Source: an uncultured Nitrospiraceae bacterium (lineage in GTDB: Bacteria; Nitrospirota; Nitrospiria; Nitrospirales; Nitrospiraceae). Taken from it: a stretch of 64,000 bases of DNA. Shown here piece after piece: positions 1 to 8,757 of the stretch. Under the pieces are notes generated by a model. The model had not been told where the DNA came from. It saw nothing but the letters and a program-made list of their open reading frames with translations, and ran no database searches. Each line of letters opens with the position of its first letter. The stretch's first letter is position 1. The position numbers and the translations under genes were made by a program. The DNA lies in the NCBI GenBank assembly GCA_963730935.1, contig CAVSTP010000004.1, forward strand, positions 1,632,001 through 1,696,000, written 5' to 3'.

Positions 1-789
1 GGATACAAGCAGCCTCATACCTATCTGGTCTCCATCGGCATCGGCTCGTATCGCGATCAACAACTTTCCGTCCGAAAATACGCGGCATCTGATGCGGAGT
101 TGCTGACCAACTACTTTCAATCGCTCGGCGGCCTGCCGGCATCGAACGTCCGGCTGCTTCAAGATTGGAAAGCCCTGCGCCCGGACATCGACGAAGCGCT
201 GTTGGACTGGCTGCCAGGACACATGAACAAGGAAGCGGTAGTGATCGTCTACTTTGCCGGGCTCGCGACCGTCTCGCCGAACGGAGAGGTATTTCTCGTT
301 CCCTATGACGGCAGCATCGCGACCTCGTCTCGGTCCTACCCGCTCAAGGACTTGGAGGCGGCGCTCAACCGTTTGAAGGCCAAGCAGACCCTGTTTGTCT
401 TTGATGGGATGGTCGCAAAGCTTGGCGCCGGGACGGATGGCCGCTCGAAGCCGGTGCTTCCCCAATGGAACCCTTCCGGCAGCTCGACCGTTCATCTCAT
501 CGCCACGAATGGAGTGGGACGGGTCGTCGAGGACGAAGACCACCGGCACGGCCTGTTCACGTACTATCTGTTGCGTGCGCTGAGGGGAGAATCAGACGTG
601 AACCGGGACGGTGAAGTCACCCTTGGGGAAGCGGTGGCCTATCTCAATCAAAAGGTTCTTTGGGCCTCGAAAACGCAGTACGGTCAAGAACAACGCCCCG
701 CCGTGGTGCCGCCGTTGAAACCGACTGATCCGGCCAATGGACTCGCCCTGACCAAACTTGCCGCCGTCCGGGCCTCCGAACATCCCTGA
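1..789 (+). CDS. Caspase-fold (peptidase C14-like) domain protein, 5' end outside window; catalytic dyad appears lost
   Basis: Frame is open from base 1 (GYKQPHTYLVSIGIGSYRD...YAASDAE). C14-like motifs VIVYFAG, FLVPYDG, HGLFTYYLLRALRGESDVNRDGEVTLGE and QRP. The expected His and Cys positions read YFAGL and FDGM. Confidence 0.8.
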   Translation, partial: GYKQPHTYLVSIGIGSYRDQQLSVRKYAASDAELLTNYFQSLGGLPASNVRLLQDWKALRPDIDEALLDWLPGHMNKEAVVIVYFAGLATVSPNGEVFLVPYDGSIATSSRSYPLKDLEAALNRLKAKQTLFVFDGMVAKLGAGTDGRSKPVLPQWNPSGSSTVHLIATNGVGRVVEDEDHRHGLFTYYLLRALRGESDVNRDGEVTLGEAVAYLNQKVLWASKTQYGQEQRPAVVPPLKPTDPANGLALTKLAAVRASEHP

Positions 790-809
790 TTCGCCGGGAT
801 AGTGAGCAC

Positions 810-843
810 AAAAAAAAGGGTGGAGGACATCGTCCCCCACCCC
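810..843 (-). terminator. Rho-independent terminator of the cytochrome c gene
   Basis: Minus strand GGGTGGGGGAC-GAT-GTCCTCCACCC followed by a T8 run, just after the stop at 862. Confidence 0.8.
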
Positions 844-861
844 TCCTGATCGCGGCTGAAA

Positions 862-1311
862 TTATTCTTCGCCTTTGCAGAAACTCCGCTCGTAGTTGAT
901 GATGGTCCACGCTTCTTCTTCGGTGATCGCGGCGGGGATCAAGGAAACCATGCCGGTGCCGGCGCTGCCGTTCTTGATGACCCAGAAGAACTCGCCGTCT
1001 TTCCGCTTCTTGTGGAACTTGCAATTCGTGAAGTTCCGCGGGCTCGGATTGAGGATCGCGCCGGCAGGACCGTCGCCCTTTCCTTCCTTGCCATGGCAGT
1101 TGAAGCAGGTGCCCTTCCCTTCAAACAGGGCCTTTCCCTTGGCGACGCTCTCGGGAGTATTCGCGATCGGGTTCTTCAAGGCTTTGGCATCCGCAATCTG
1201 ATCCGGCGGAACGCGGGGTTTCAGCGGATCCTTTTCTTCCGCTCCGACCACCGTGGCCGAGAGCAAGGTGACGGCTGCTGCGACTCCTAAAAACTTAGAA
1301 AAATACCCCAT
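862..1311 (-). CDS. Periplasmic monoheme c-type cytochrome
   Basis: Signal peptide, CFNCH heme motif, distal GTGM. GGAGGAG SD before the ATG at 1311. Confidence 0.9.
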   Translation of the reverse strand: MGYFSKFLGVAAAVTLLSATVVGAEEKDPLKPRVPPDQIADAKALKNPIANTPESVAKGKALFEGKGTCFNCHGKEGKGDGPAGAILNPSPRNFTNCKFHKKRKDGEFFWVIKNGSAGTGMVSLIPAAITEEEAWTIINYERSFCKGEE

Positions 1312-1397
1312 CAGACTCCTCCTTGTTGTTAAACAACCGCACATCTACAGTGGCCTGAAACCACTGGTTAATTGCATGACCAAAATAAAGCGTCCGG

Positions 1398-1427
1398 ACT
1401 ATAGCAACGGCGTTTTGAGGTTGTCAA
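1398..1427 (-). promoter_or_regulatory. sigma70-type promoter for the cytochrome c gene
   Basis: Minus strand TTGACA-18 nt-TATAGT with an extended TG. Confidence 0.65.
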
Positions 1428-1672
1428 GCAAACTGCTCAGGATACAACACCTCCCGTGCAGCCAAACTCACTGTCAATTTACCCTTGCTGTATATCAATC
1501 AAACGTCATGCCACAACGTGCCTCTGATCGCTTTTGCAATTCCGCCTAGTTACGGAGTGGACGACCGGCGCGGCGAGACACTCACCTAATTCTTGCGACC
1601 ATTACGCCACAGGCGCATTGCCGCACCGCCACAGAGGGAGGATGGTTCAGAAGATCCGAGAAAAGAGAGAGG

Positions 1673-2611
1673 CTATCGTTTGAGCAGAATGTCGCGGGCA
1701 ACCTTTCCGCTGGGCCCGAACGCCTTTTGGGGCTTGCCATTCAACTCCGCCTTGACGCCCCCGGCATTTCCAAGCGTCAACATGAACTGATCCTGTCCTT
1801 TCCACTTGGCTTTTTCACCCGGCCGCAGCAACGCTTCCTGTGGGCTCCCGCCGTCGACCTGAATCACAACCCAGCTCAACTCGGTCGCTTCAAGATCAAG
1901 CACCAACGGTTCATCGGCATTCGCCGCTCCCTCAAGCGACGGCGGCCCGAGCGGCCCTTGAGTGCTGATCGGCGGAGGGATAGGGACTGCTGTCTGCGGC
2001 GCAACCGGCGCCGCGGCGGTACCAGAGACCGCGCTGCGTCCGGCAGTCGCGTCATGGCGAGTTGCTGTCTGCGGCGGAGAAGACGCTTCCGTCGGCTTGG
2101 TCTTTGCGGCGGTCGGGCTTTCCGCCTCAGGACGAACCGGCACATCGACTTTCCCGGGTTCAAGCGGCGTGACGCGCTTCGCCGTCGTCGAAGGCGGTTC
2201 GGGCTGCGAGGTCCTCCGGACGAGCAGCGACGATTGTTCACGGCTCAATAAGATTACCAACGTCAGGATCGCAATTCCGATGGCGATGGCCACGGCCTTT
2301 CGGTTGGCTTGGCGCTTCCGTTCTTCCTCGGCCTGCCTAACTTTAAGCCGTTCACGTTCGTCTTGTTTCTCATAAAACGCTCCGGCCGATTGGATAAATC
2401 GATGAATCGCGTCTTCTTCATCCAATCCCAGAGAGCGGGCATAGGATCGTACGAACCCGCGGGCGAACACCTGATCGGGCAGCTTGGCGAAATTGCCCTC
2501 TTCGAGCGCCTTCACGAAATCCGTCCGGATCCTCGTCTTGGAGGCTACCTCGTCCACGGTCAGACCCTTGGTTTCTCTGACCTGCTTGAAAAAATCTCCG
2601 ATCGAATCCAT
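1673..2611 (-). CDS. rodZ: RodZ-like protein (HTH, TM helix, DUF4115-like C-terminus)
   Basis: N-terminal HTH (ALEEGNFAKLPDQVFARGFVRSYARSLGLD), one TM helix, Pro-rich linker, C-terminal SWVVIQVDG...LGNAGGV. Confidence 0.8.
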   Translation of the reverse strand: MDSIGDFFKQVRETKGLTVDEVASKTRIRTDFVKALEEGNFAKLPDQVFARGFVRSYARSLGLDEEDAIHRFIQSAGAFYEKQDERERLKVRQAEEERKRQANRKAVAIAIGIAILTLVILLSREQSSLLVRRTSQPEPPSTTAKRVTPLEPGKVDVPVRPEAESPTAAKTKPTEASSPPQTATRHDATAGRSAVSGTAAAPVAPQTAVPIPPPISTQGPLGPPSLEGAANADEPLVLDLEATELSWVVIQVDGGSPQEALLRPGEKAKWKGQDQFMLTLGNAGGVKAELNGKPQKAFGPSGKVARDILLKR

Positions 2612-2621
2612 GCGTCTCTCT

Positions 2622-3302
2622 TTACGGCTTCAGCCGTGCCAGAATTTCCTTGGCCGCAGCGGCGTGAGGGCCGGTCTTGTCCAAGGTCGTCACTTTTGTG
2701 AGCGCCTCTTTCGCCCGGCGTTCAAATCCCAGCTTGTAATACACCTTGCCGAGCTCCAGCTGCAGCATCGCCGGCGGCACATTGGGTGGATTGACGGCAA
2801 GGGCGTCTTCCAGCGCCTCCATCGCGCCCTGATAATCGCCCTCGTGAGCCAAGGCCTTGCCGAGATGGAAGCGGGCGAGGTCGGGCGTGCTGTAGAGCGG
2901 ATTGCTCAGCGCACGCCGGAACTCGACAATCGCCTCCGGCCAGCGGTCTTGGTACGCCAAGACCTGGCCGAGATAGGTATGCGCTTCTGAATAGTTCTCA
3001 TCGATCTTGACGGCTGCTCGAAACTCGGACTCGGCCTGTGGAAGTTTTCCCTGGTAGACCAGAAGGTGGCCGAGCCCGTATCGGGCTTCCTTGTTTCCAG
3101 GATCGAGCTGCACTGCCTTCTGAAAGGACACGTACGCTTTCTGCCGATCGTGTTCCAGGCTCGCCATGCCCTCCTGATAATAGCCCTTCGATTGCTGCTT
3201 GGTTTCTTCAGAGGTGGCACAGCCCACGAGCCACAAACCCGTCAGCAGGCTGAATGCGACGAGAACACCGTCCATGCGTGGATATGCCTCTGAGCGTTTC
3301 AC
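2622..3302 (-). CDS. TPR lipoprotein, PilF/PilW-like
   Basis: Lipobox LVGC, TPR repeats, NPLYSTP motif; lies upstream of rodZ. Confidence 0.7.
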   Translation of the reverse strand: MKRSEAYPRMDGVLVAFSLLTGLWLVGCATSEETKQQSKGYYQEGMASLEHDRQKAYVSFQKAVQLDPGNKEARYGLGHLLVYQGKLPQAESEFRAAVKIDENYSEAHTYLGQVLAYQDRWPEAIVEFRRALSNPLYSTPDLARFHLGKALAHEGDYQGAMEALEDALAVNPPNVPPAMLQLELGKVYYKLGFERRAKEALTKVTTLDKTGPHAAAAKEILARLKP

Positions 3303-4213
3303 GGAAGATCCTCGAAATGGGTGAGGCGTTTGAACGCCCGGAACCGATCCTGGATCTCTTTGTAATCCAGGACTCGCAAACGGTCAAGACTAAAGGATTC
3401 TACGGTAAAGGAGGCCATTACGCTTCCGAAGATGATGGCTTGTTTGAACGAGTCGACCGACCGGTTTCCGGTCGCTGCAAGATACCCGAGGAAGCCGCCC
3501 GCGAACGTGTCGCCGGCGCCAGTCGGGTCGCGGACGTCCTCCAGCGGAAATGCTGGTGCCCCGAACACCTGACTTCCGCTGAACATCAGCACGCCGTATT
3601 CACCCCGCTTGATGATGAGGTGCTTGGGCCCGCGCGCCAGCACCGTACTGGCCACTTTCACCAAGTTGGAATCTCCTCCGAGGGCCCGCGCCTCCCCATC
3701 ATTAATGATGAGAATGTCTACCTTTTCGAGCACCCGCCAGAGGGCGTCCCGCTTGCCGTTGATCCAGAAATTCATCGTGTCGCAGGCCACCAAGGGAGGC
3801 CGGGGAAGCTTGGTGAGCACGTCGAGCTGCAATTCCGGATCGATGTTGCCCAGAAACAGCACCTCCGGCGACCGATAGGACTCGGGAATCTTGGGGCGGA
3901 ACGTTTCAAACACATTCAGCTTCGTATCGAGGGTGTGGGCTTCGTTGAGCTGGTGACTATACTCGCCCTTCCAGCGGAACGTCGCCCCGGAGCGGCGCTC
4001 CAGTCCGGCCAAGTCAATATTCCGGCTTTTCAGAAACGCCAGGTGCTGTGACGGGAAATCCTCTCCGACGACGGCGATGAGATCGACGCTCGTGAAATAA
4101 CTTGCCGACGCCGAGAAATACGTCGCAGATCCGCCGAGCACCTCGCTCGCTTCCCCGAACGGCGTCTTCACCGTATCCAATGCGACCGACCCGACGACCA
4201 ACAGTTTACCCAT
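3299..4213 (-). CDS. PfkB-family sugar/nucleoside kinase
   Basis: GGSATYF and DPTGAGDTFAGG PfkB signatures. Confidence 0.9.
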   Translation of the reverse strand: MGKLLVVGSVALDTVKTPFGEASEVLGGSATYFSASASYFTSVDLIAVVGEDFPSQHLAFLKSRNIDLAGLERRSGATFRWKGEYSHQLNEAHTLDTKLNVFETFRPKIPESYRSPEVLFLGNIDPELQLDVLTKLPRPPLVACDTMNFWINGKRDALWRVLEKVDILIINDGEARALGGDSNLVKVASTVLARGPKHLIIKRGEYGVLMFSGSQVFGAPAFPLEDVRDPTGAGDTFAGGFLGYLAATGNRSVDSFKQAIIFGSVMASFTVESFSLDRLRVLDYKEIQDRFRAFKRLTHFEDLP

Positions 4214-4216
4214 GAT

Positions 4217-5116
4217 TCACCGCTTTCCTTTCACAGGGAGAAGCACTCGTTCGGTCAAGAGTGCCAACTTTCGGCGAAGCCCAGCCGGGATGGCATCCGG
4301 GGCCGTGACGATCGCGTGCTGGAGCGCCTGCTGGCATGGACAGGCTGTCACGGATGCGGCGGACTTGACGGCGGCTCGCAGCAGCCGCTTCGCCAGCGCC
4401 ACATTCTGACAGAGCGTCGCAAGAATTGCTTCGACCGTGACGGGCTCTTCGGTCTGATGCCAGCAATCATAATCGGTCACCAACGCGACCGTGGCATAGC
4501 AGAGTTCGGCTTCGCGGGCAAGTTTCGCCTCAGGCAGATTCGTCATCCCGATGATGCTCACACCCCATTGGCGGTACAAATTCGACTCCGCCTTCGTGGA
4601 AAATTGCGGACCTTCCATGCAGAGGTAGGTGCCGCCCTGATGAACGGTGGCCCCCACCGACCGGCCGGCTCCCAACAATGACGTGCCGAGCGACGCGCAG
4701 ACTGGATCGGCAAATGCCACGTGGGCCACCATCCCACCCTCAAAGAAGGTGGAGATCCGTCGCTTGGTCAGATCGATGAACTGGTGCGGCAGCACCACAT
4801 CGCCCGGTGTTATCGATTCTTTCATGCTGCCCACCGCGCTCACCGAAATGACCCGACGCACGCCAATCGCTTTCAAGGCATAGATATTCGCGCGATAGTT
4901 GATTTCGGATGGACTGAAGCGGTGCCCGTGGCCGTGCCGCGAGAGAAATGCCACCCGAACGCCGTCCAATTCACCGAGCACGACAGGACTGGAAGGTGAT
5001 CCAAACGGCGTCGGGACCGTCACGCGTTTGACCTTGTGGAGCCCGTCGATGTCATATAACCCGCTTCCGCCGATAATGCCGATCTCCGCACGGGCCGTCC
5101 GCGTCCGCCTGGCCAT
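4217..5116 (-). CDS. mtnP: S-methyl-5'-thioadenosine phosphorylase
   Basis: IGIIGGSG, RHGxGH, EGPQFSTKAES, GMTNLPEAKLAREAE, TDYDCW. Confidence 0.92.
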   Translation of the reverse strand: MARRTRTARAEIGIIGGSGLYDIDGLHKVKRVTVPTPFGSPSSPVVLGELDGVRVAFLSRHGHGHRFSPSEINYRANIYALKAIGVRRVISVSAVGSMKESITPGDVVLPHQFIDLTKRRISTFFEGGMVAHVAFADPVCASLGTSLLGAGRSVGATVHQGGTYLCMEGPQFSTKAESNLYRQWGVSIIGMTNLPEAKLAREAELCYATVALVTDYDCWHQTEEPVTVEAILATLCQNVALAKRLLRAAVKSAASVTACPCQQALQHAIVTAPDAIPAGLRRKLALLTERVLLPVKGKR

Positions 5117-5143
5117 GATGTCTGCCGTCTCCTTGTTGTGCCT

Positions 5144-6139
5144 CTATGACGTTGGGGTTTCCTCGACCGCATCAAGCGCTGAAAGAAACGAATCGATGAG
5201 CCGGATGGCGCGAGCCACCGTTTCTTCGAGCGGTTCGGATTCAGGGATCATCAGCCAGGCTGTCTCCGCTTCGCGCCTGAACCATGTCATCTGCCGCTTG
5301 GCGAACCGTCTGGTATCGCGTTTGAAGAGCCTGACCATTTCCTTCTGATCGCATTCACCGGACAAATAGGCGGCCGCATGCCGGTAGCCCAATCCCGTGA
5401 GGCCTGGATCATCCTGCCGGTAGCCTCGAGCGAGCAGATGACGGGTCTCTTCCAGAAGCCCGTTGGACAACTGCCAGTCGATGCGCTCTTCAATGCGACG
5501 ATACAGATGCTCCCGTTCCCGATTCAGGCCGATCACCAGCGCGGAAAAAGGCCGTTCGGAAAAGCCGTGCTCGGCTTGGAACGAGGACATCGGGACGCCG
5601 GAGAGAAGATGGACCTCCAGGGCTCGGATGATTTTCGAGGTATCACGAGGGTGCAGTCTTGCCGCGGTGAGCGGATCAGTCGATGCCAGACGCGCATACA
5701 AATGATCGTGTCCTTGTTCGCGGGCTTCCTCGCAGAACTGCGACCGAATTCGCGGATCGCTCGGTGGCGCTTCACACAGACCCTGTAAGAGGATCCGGAC
5801 ATAGAGGCCCGTGCCACCCACGACCAACGGCAGCCGTCGCCGTTGATGAAGCGCTTCAATCAGCCGAGTGGCGTGCTGCCGGAAGAGACCGGCATTGAAC
5901 GCTTGATCAGGATCGATCAGGTCAATCAAGTGATGGACGATACCCTGCCGAGCGGCGGCCGACGGCTTGTCGGTCCCAACATCCATCCCCCGATAGACTT
6001 GCCGCGAATCGGCCGTCAGGATTTCGCTGTTGAGCCGTTTCGCGATTTCAATCGCCACGCGGCTCTTGCCGACGGCGGTCGGCCCGAGGATGACCACCAG
6101 TGGTTTGCGGCGGACTTGTCCCTCCGTAAGAGAAGCCAT
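5144..6139 (-). CDS. miaA: tRNA dimethylallyltransferase
   Basis: GPTAVGKS, DSRQVYRGMDVGTDKP, VGGTGLY, AKRQMTWFR; follows mutL. Alternative start at 6169. Confidence 0.95.
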   Translation of the reverse strand: MASLTEGQVRRKPLVVILGPTAVGKSRVAIEIAKRLNSEILTADSRQVYRGMDVGTDKPSAAARQGIVHHLIDLIDPDQAFNAGLFRQHATRLIEALHQRRRLPLVVGGTGLYVRILLQGLCEAPPSDPRIRSQFCEEAREQGHDHLYARLASTDPLTAARLHPRDTSKIIRALEVHLLSGVPMSSFQAEHGFSERPFSALVIGLNREREHLYRRIEERIDWQLSNGLLEETRHLLARGYRQDDPGLTGLGYRHAAAYLSGECDQKEMVRLFKRDTRRFAKRQMTWFRREAETAWLMIPESEPLEETVARAIRLIDSFLSALDAVEETPTS

Positions 6140-6159
6140 CGCGTGCAGAGGACAGGTCG

Positions 6160-7956
6160 TCACGACCATCCGGTCCGGCCGAAAAGTTTATCGAGTTCTT
6201 CGCAAGAAAGGCGGAACGCGGTGCGCCTTCCATGCGGGCAGGTCGTCATCAATCCTTCATCCACCCAGTCACGGACCAGATGCTCAATCTCGGGAAGCGT
6301 CATCGTTCGTCCAGCTTGAACCGCGCTCTTGCAAGCCACCGTCGCAAGAATCGGCTGGGCCCGCGCATCCACTGACGAGGCCGTCGCCCATTCGGCCAGA
6401 TCTTCCAGCAGCTCGCGGACGAGCGAGGCCCCGTCGACCGGGCCAAGCCCAGCCGGTACGCCTCTCAAGAGCACGGCGGACGGACCGAACGGTTCGAGCA
6501 CCAGTCCGAGTTGCTCCAACTCGTCGATGTATTTCTGCATGAGTGTCGTCTGTGCGACGGTGAGTTCGATCGATTCCGGGATCAGCAGCGGTTGTATGAC
6601 GAGTTCTCGTTGCATCCACATACGCCAGAGGCGTTGAAACAAGACACGTTCATGGGCGGTATGTTGGTCGATTACATGTAATTCACGCCCCACCTGGGCG
6701 ACCAGATAGGTTTGAAGCATTTGCCCGAACGGAATGATCGCCACGCCCTGCGAAGCTGAATATGATGCCGCCGCTTCGCTGATGAACAGCGACTGGGGGC
6801 CGGCGGCGGCGAACGAATCAGAACTCTCGCCCGCGGTCACCTGCCCAGGGCCTGAATGCACGACCGGACGTTCCTGCGCAGACACGGACCCGAGAAACCC
6901 TGTGGCGGCCACAGGCTCGTCCGAACCCATCCCAAGCACCAGCTTGCGTTCCACGCCGCTGAACGCATGACGCACCGTCTGACGTACGAAGCGGTGGACC
7001 GTCTCCTGATCCGCGAACCGGATCTCACGTTTCGCCGGATGCACGTTCACATCGATGCGATCAGGATCGATGTCCAAAAACAGCACATAGGTGGGATGAT
7101 GGCCTTTGGGAAGCAACGACCCGTATCCCTCCATCACCGCATGGAATACGGCGGCGTTCCGGACCGGACGACGATTCACGAACAGATCTTGAGGCGTTTT
7201 GGACGCGCGCGCGTGGACGGGATCCACCATCACGCCGGCGAGCGTGCAGCCGGCCATGCGGCCGCGGACCTCTACCGTCTTGTCCAGAAAATCGGGTTGG
7301 TACACTTGCAGGACCCTCTCCCGGTCGGACGTAACCGCTGAATGGTTCAGAATCTCGTGACCATTGTGCGTCAGGCGGAAATGGACGGAAGGCCAGGCCA
7401 GGGCCACCTGCTGGACGACCGCGCTGATGTGCGAAAATTCAGTCGAGATCGACTTCAAAAACTTTTTTCGCGCCGGCTGGTTGTAGAAGAGGTCTGCAAC
7501 CTCGATTTTCGTACCCGCCACGGGCGGCGCGTCGGCGAGTCCCTGCTGCACGCCCCCGACCAAGGACAACTGTGCCCCGATCGCATCCTCCCTCGTGGCG
7601 GTTGCGACCTGGACATGCGACACGGCGGCGATGCTTGGAAGCGCTTCACCGCGGAATCCCATGGTCGTGATAGAAGTGAGATCCTCCTCCGAACGGAGCT
7701 TGCTGGTGGCGTGACGCTCGAAGGCGAGAGAAAGGTCGGCGCGCCGGATGCCTTCGCCGTCGTCGGTGACACGGATGAGAGCGCGGCCCCCATCCTTGAT
7801 GTCGATCACGATGTGTCGGCTGCCAGCATCAAGGCTGTTTTCAACAAGTTCTTTGACGACAGCGGCCGGCCGTTCGATCACCTCGCCGGCGGCGATGCGG
7901 CTCACCACCTCGCCAGGAAGCACCTGAATCGTCGGCGAACAGCGCGCAGCGGGCAC
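6160..7956 (-). CDS. mutL: DNA mismatch repair endonuclease MutL
   Basis: IAAGEVIERP, GFRGEAL, DQHTAHER, ACK and CPHGR motifs. Confidence 0.97.
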   Translation of the reverse strand: MPAARCSPTIQVLPGEVVSRIAAGEVIERPAAVVKELVENSLDAGSRHIVIDIKDGGRALIRVTDDGEGIRRADLSLAFERHATSKLRSEEDLTSITTMGFRGEALPSIAAVSHVQVATATREDAIGAQLSLVGGVQQGLADAPPVAGTKIEVADLFYNQPARKKFLKSISTEFSHISAVVQQVALAWPSVHFRLTHNGHEILNHSAVTSDRERVLQVYQPDFLDKTVEVRGRMAGCTLAGVMVDPVHARASKTPQDLFVNRRPVRNAAVFHAVMEGYGSLLPKGHHPTYVLFLDIDPDRIDVNVHPAKREIRFADQETVHRFVRQTVRHAFSGVERKLVLGMGSDEPVAATGFLGSVSAQERPVVHSGPGQVTAGESSDSFAAAGPQSLFISEAAASYSASQGVAIIPFGQMLQTYLVAQVGRELHVIDQHTAHERVLFQRLWRMWMQRELVIQPLLIPESIELTVAQTTLMQKYIDELEQLGLVLEPFGPSAVLLRGVPAGLGPVDGASLVRELLEDLAEWATASSVDARAQPILATVACKSAVQAGRTMTLPEIEHLVRDWVDEGLMTTCPHGRRTAFRLSCEELDKLFGRTGWS

Positions 7957-7983
7957 CGGCTTACGCTCCCAAGACCCTGCCCA

Positions 7984-8757
7984 TCATCGGATTTCGGCCA
8001 GTTTGTTTTTGGCGAGCTTGGCTTCATCCGAGGTGGGAAACTCTTCAAGAACCCGTTTCAAATTCTTTTTCGACTTCACGAGATCCCCGGTCTCCGCCGC
8101 GGCCAAGCCCAGCTTGTACAGCGCGGCCGGGACCTTCTCGTTTCCGGGGAATTCCGTCGAGACATACTCAAACGACTGCATGGCCCGCGCGTAATCTTTC
8201 TGCTGATAATAGGATTCGCCGAGCCAGTAATGAGCGTTCGGCGTCAGGGACGTGCCGGGAAAGTCTTTGACGAAACGCTGAAAGCCGGACACGGCCAGGT
8301 CGTACTTGCCGTTCAAGTAATCGTTATAGGACAAGTTGAACGCCGACGTCGGCGTGATCGCAGGAACATTCGGGATGATGGGCTCCGCCCCTCCCGGTTT
8401 TTGCGATTTCGCCGCTTTCGCCGAATCTGCCGCCATCGAGTCAAGCCTGGGCGTCGTGGATGCGACCACCGAGTCATCGAATTTGGACAGTCGGGCCTCG
8501 AGCTTCTGCATACGCGCACTGAGGTCGTCGAGCTTCGCCTTCGACGGCTCGGCATCCTTGACGCGTTCCAAGGAGTCCATGCGTCGCTGCAGCGCGTCCA
8601 GCCGCTTTTGATCCTGATCCTGGGATTTTGCGACAGTCGCCAGATGGTCGCGCAGTTCGACGAAATCCGCATGCTTGGCGCAACCGGCGATGGTGCCGAA
8701 AGCGGCAGCGGTCACCAGTCCCAGCCCAAGTCGCATCATGCCGTGCGTTACAGTCAC
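7984..8757 (-). CDS. cpoB: Tol-Pal accessory protein CpoB/YbgF
   Basis: Lipobox IAGC, coiled coil, TPR NAHYWLGESYY...KVPAALYKLG; downstream of pal. Confidence 0.85.
   Translation of the reverse strand: MTVTHGMMRLGLGLVTAAAFGTIAGCAKHADFVELRDHLATVAKSQDQDQKRLDALQRRMDSLERVKDAEPSKAKLDDLSARMQKLEARLSKFDDSVVASTTPRLDSMAADSAKAAKSQKPGGAEPIIPNVPAITPTSAFNLSYNDYLNGKYDLAVSGFQRFVKDFPGTSLTPNAHYWLGESYYQQKDYARAMQSFEYVSTEFPGNEKVPAALYKLGLAAAETGDLVKSKKNLKRVLEEFPTSDEAKLAKNKLAEIR

Noticed and set aside
1499..1513. Possible sigma54 site upstream of cytochrome c (TGGCAT-N5-TTGA)
   Set aside because: Lacks the conserved -12 GC, and a good sigma70 promoter lies closer to the gene.
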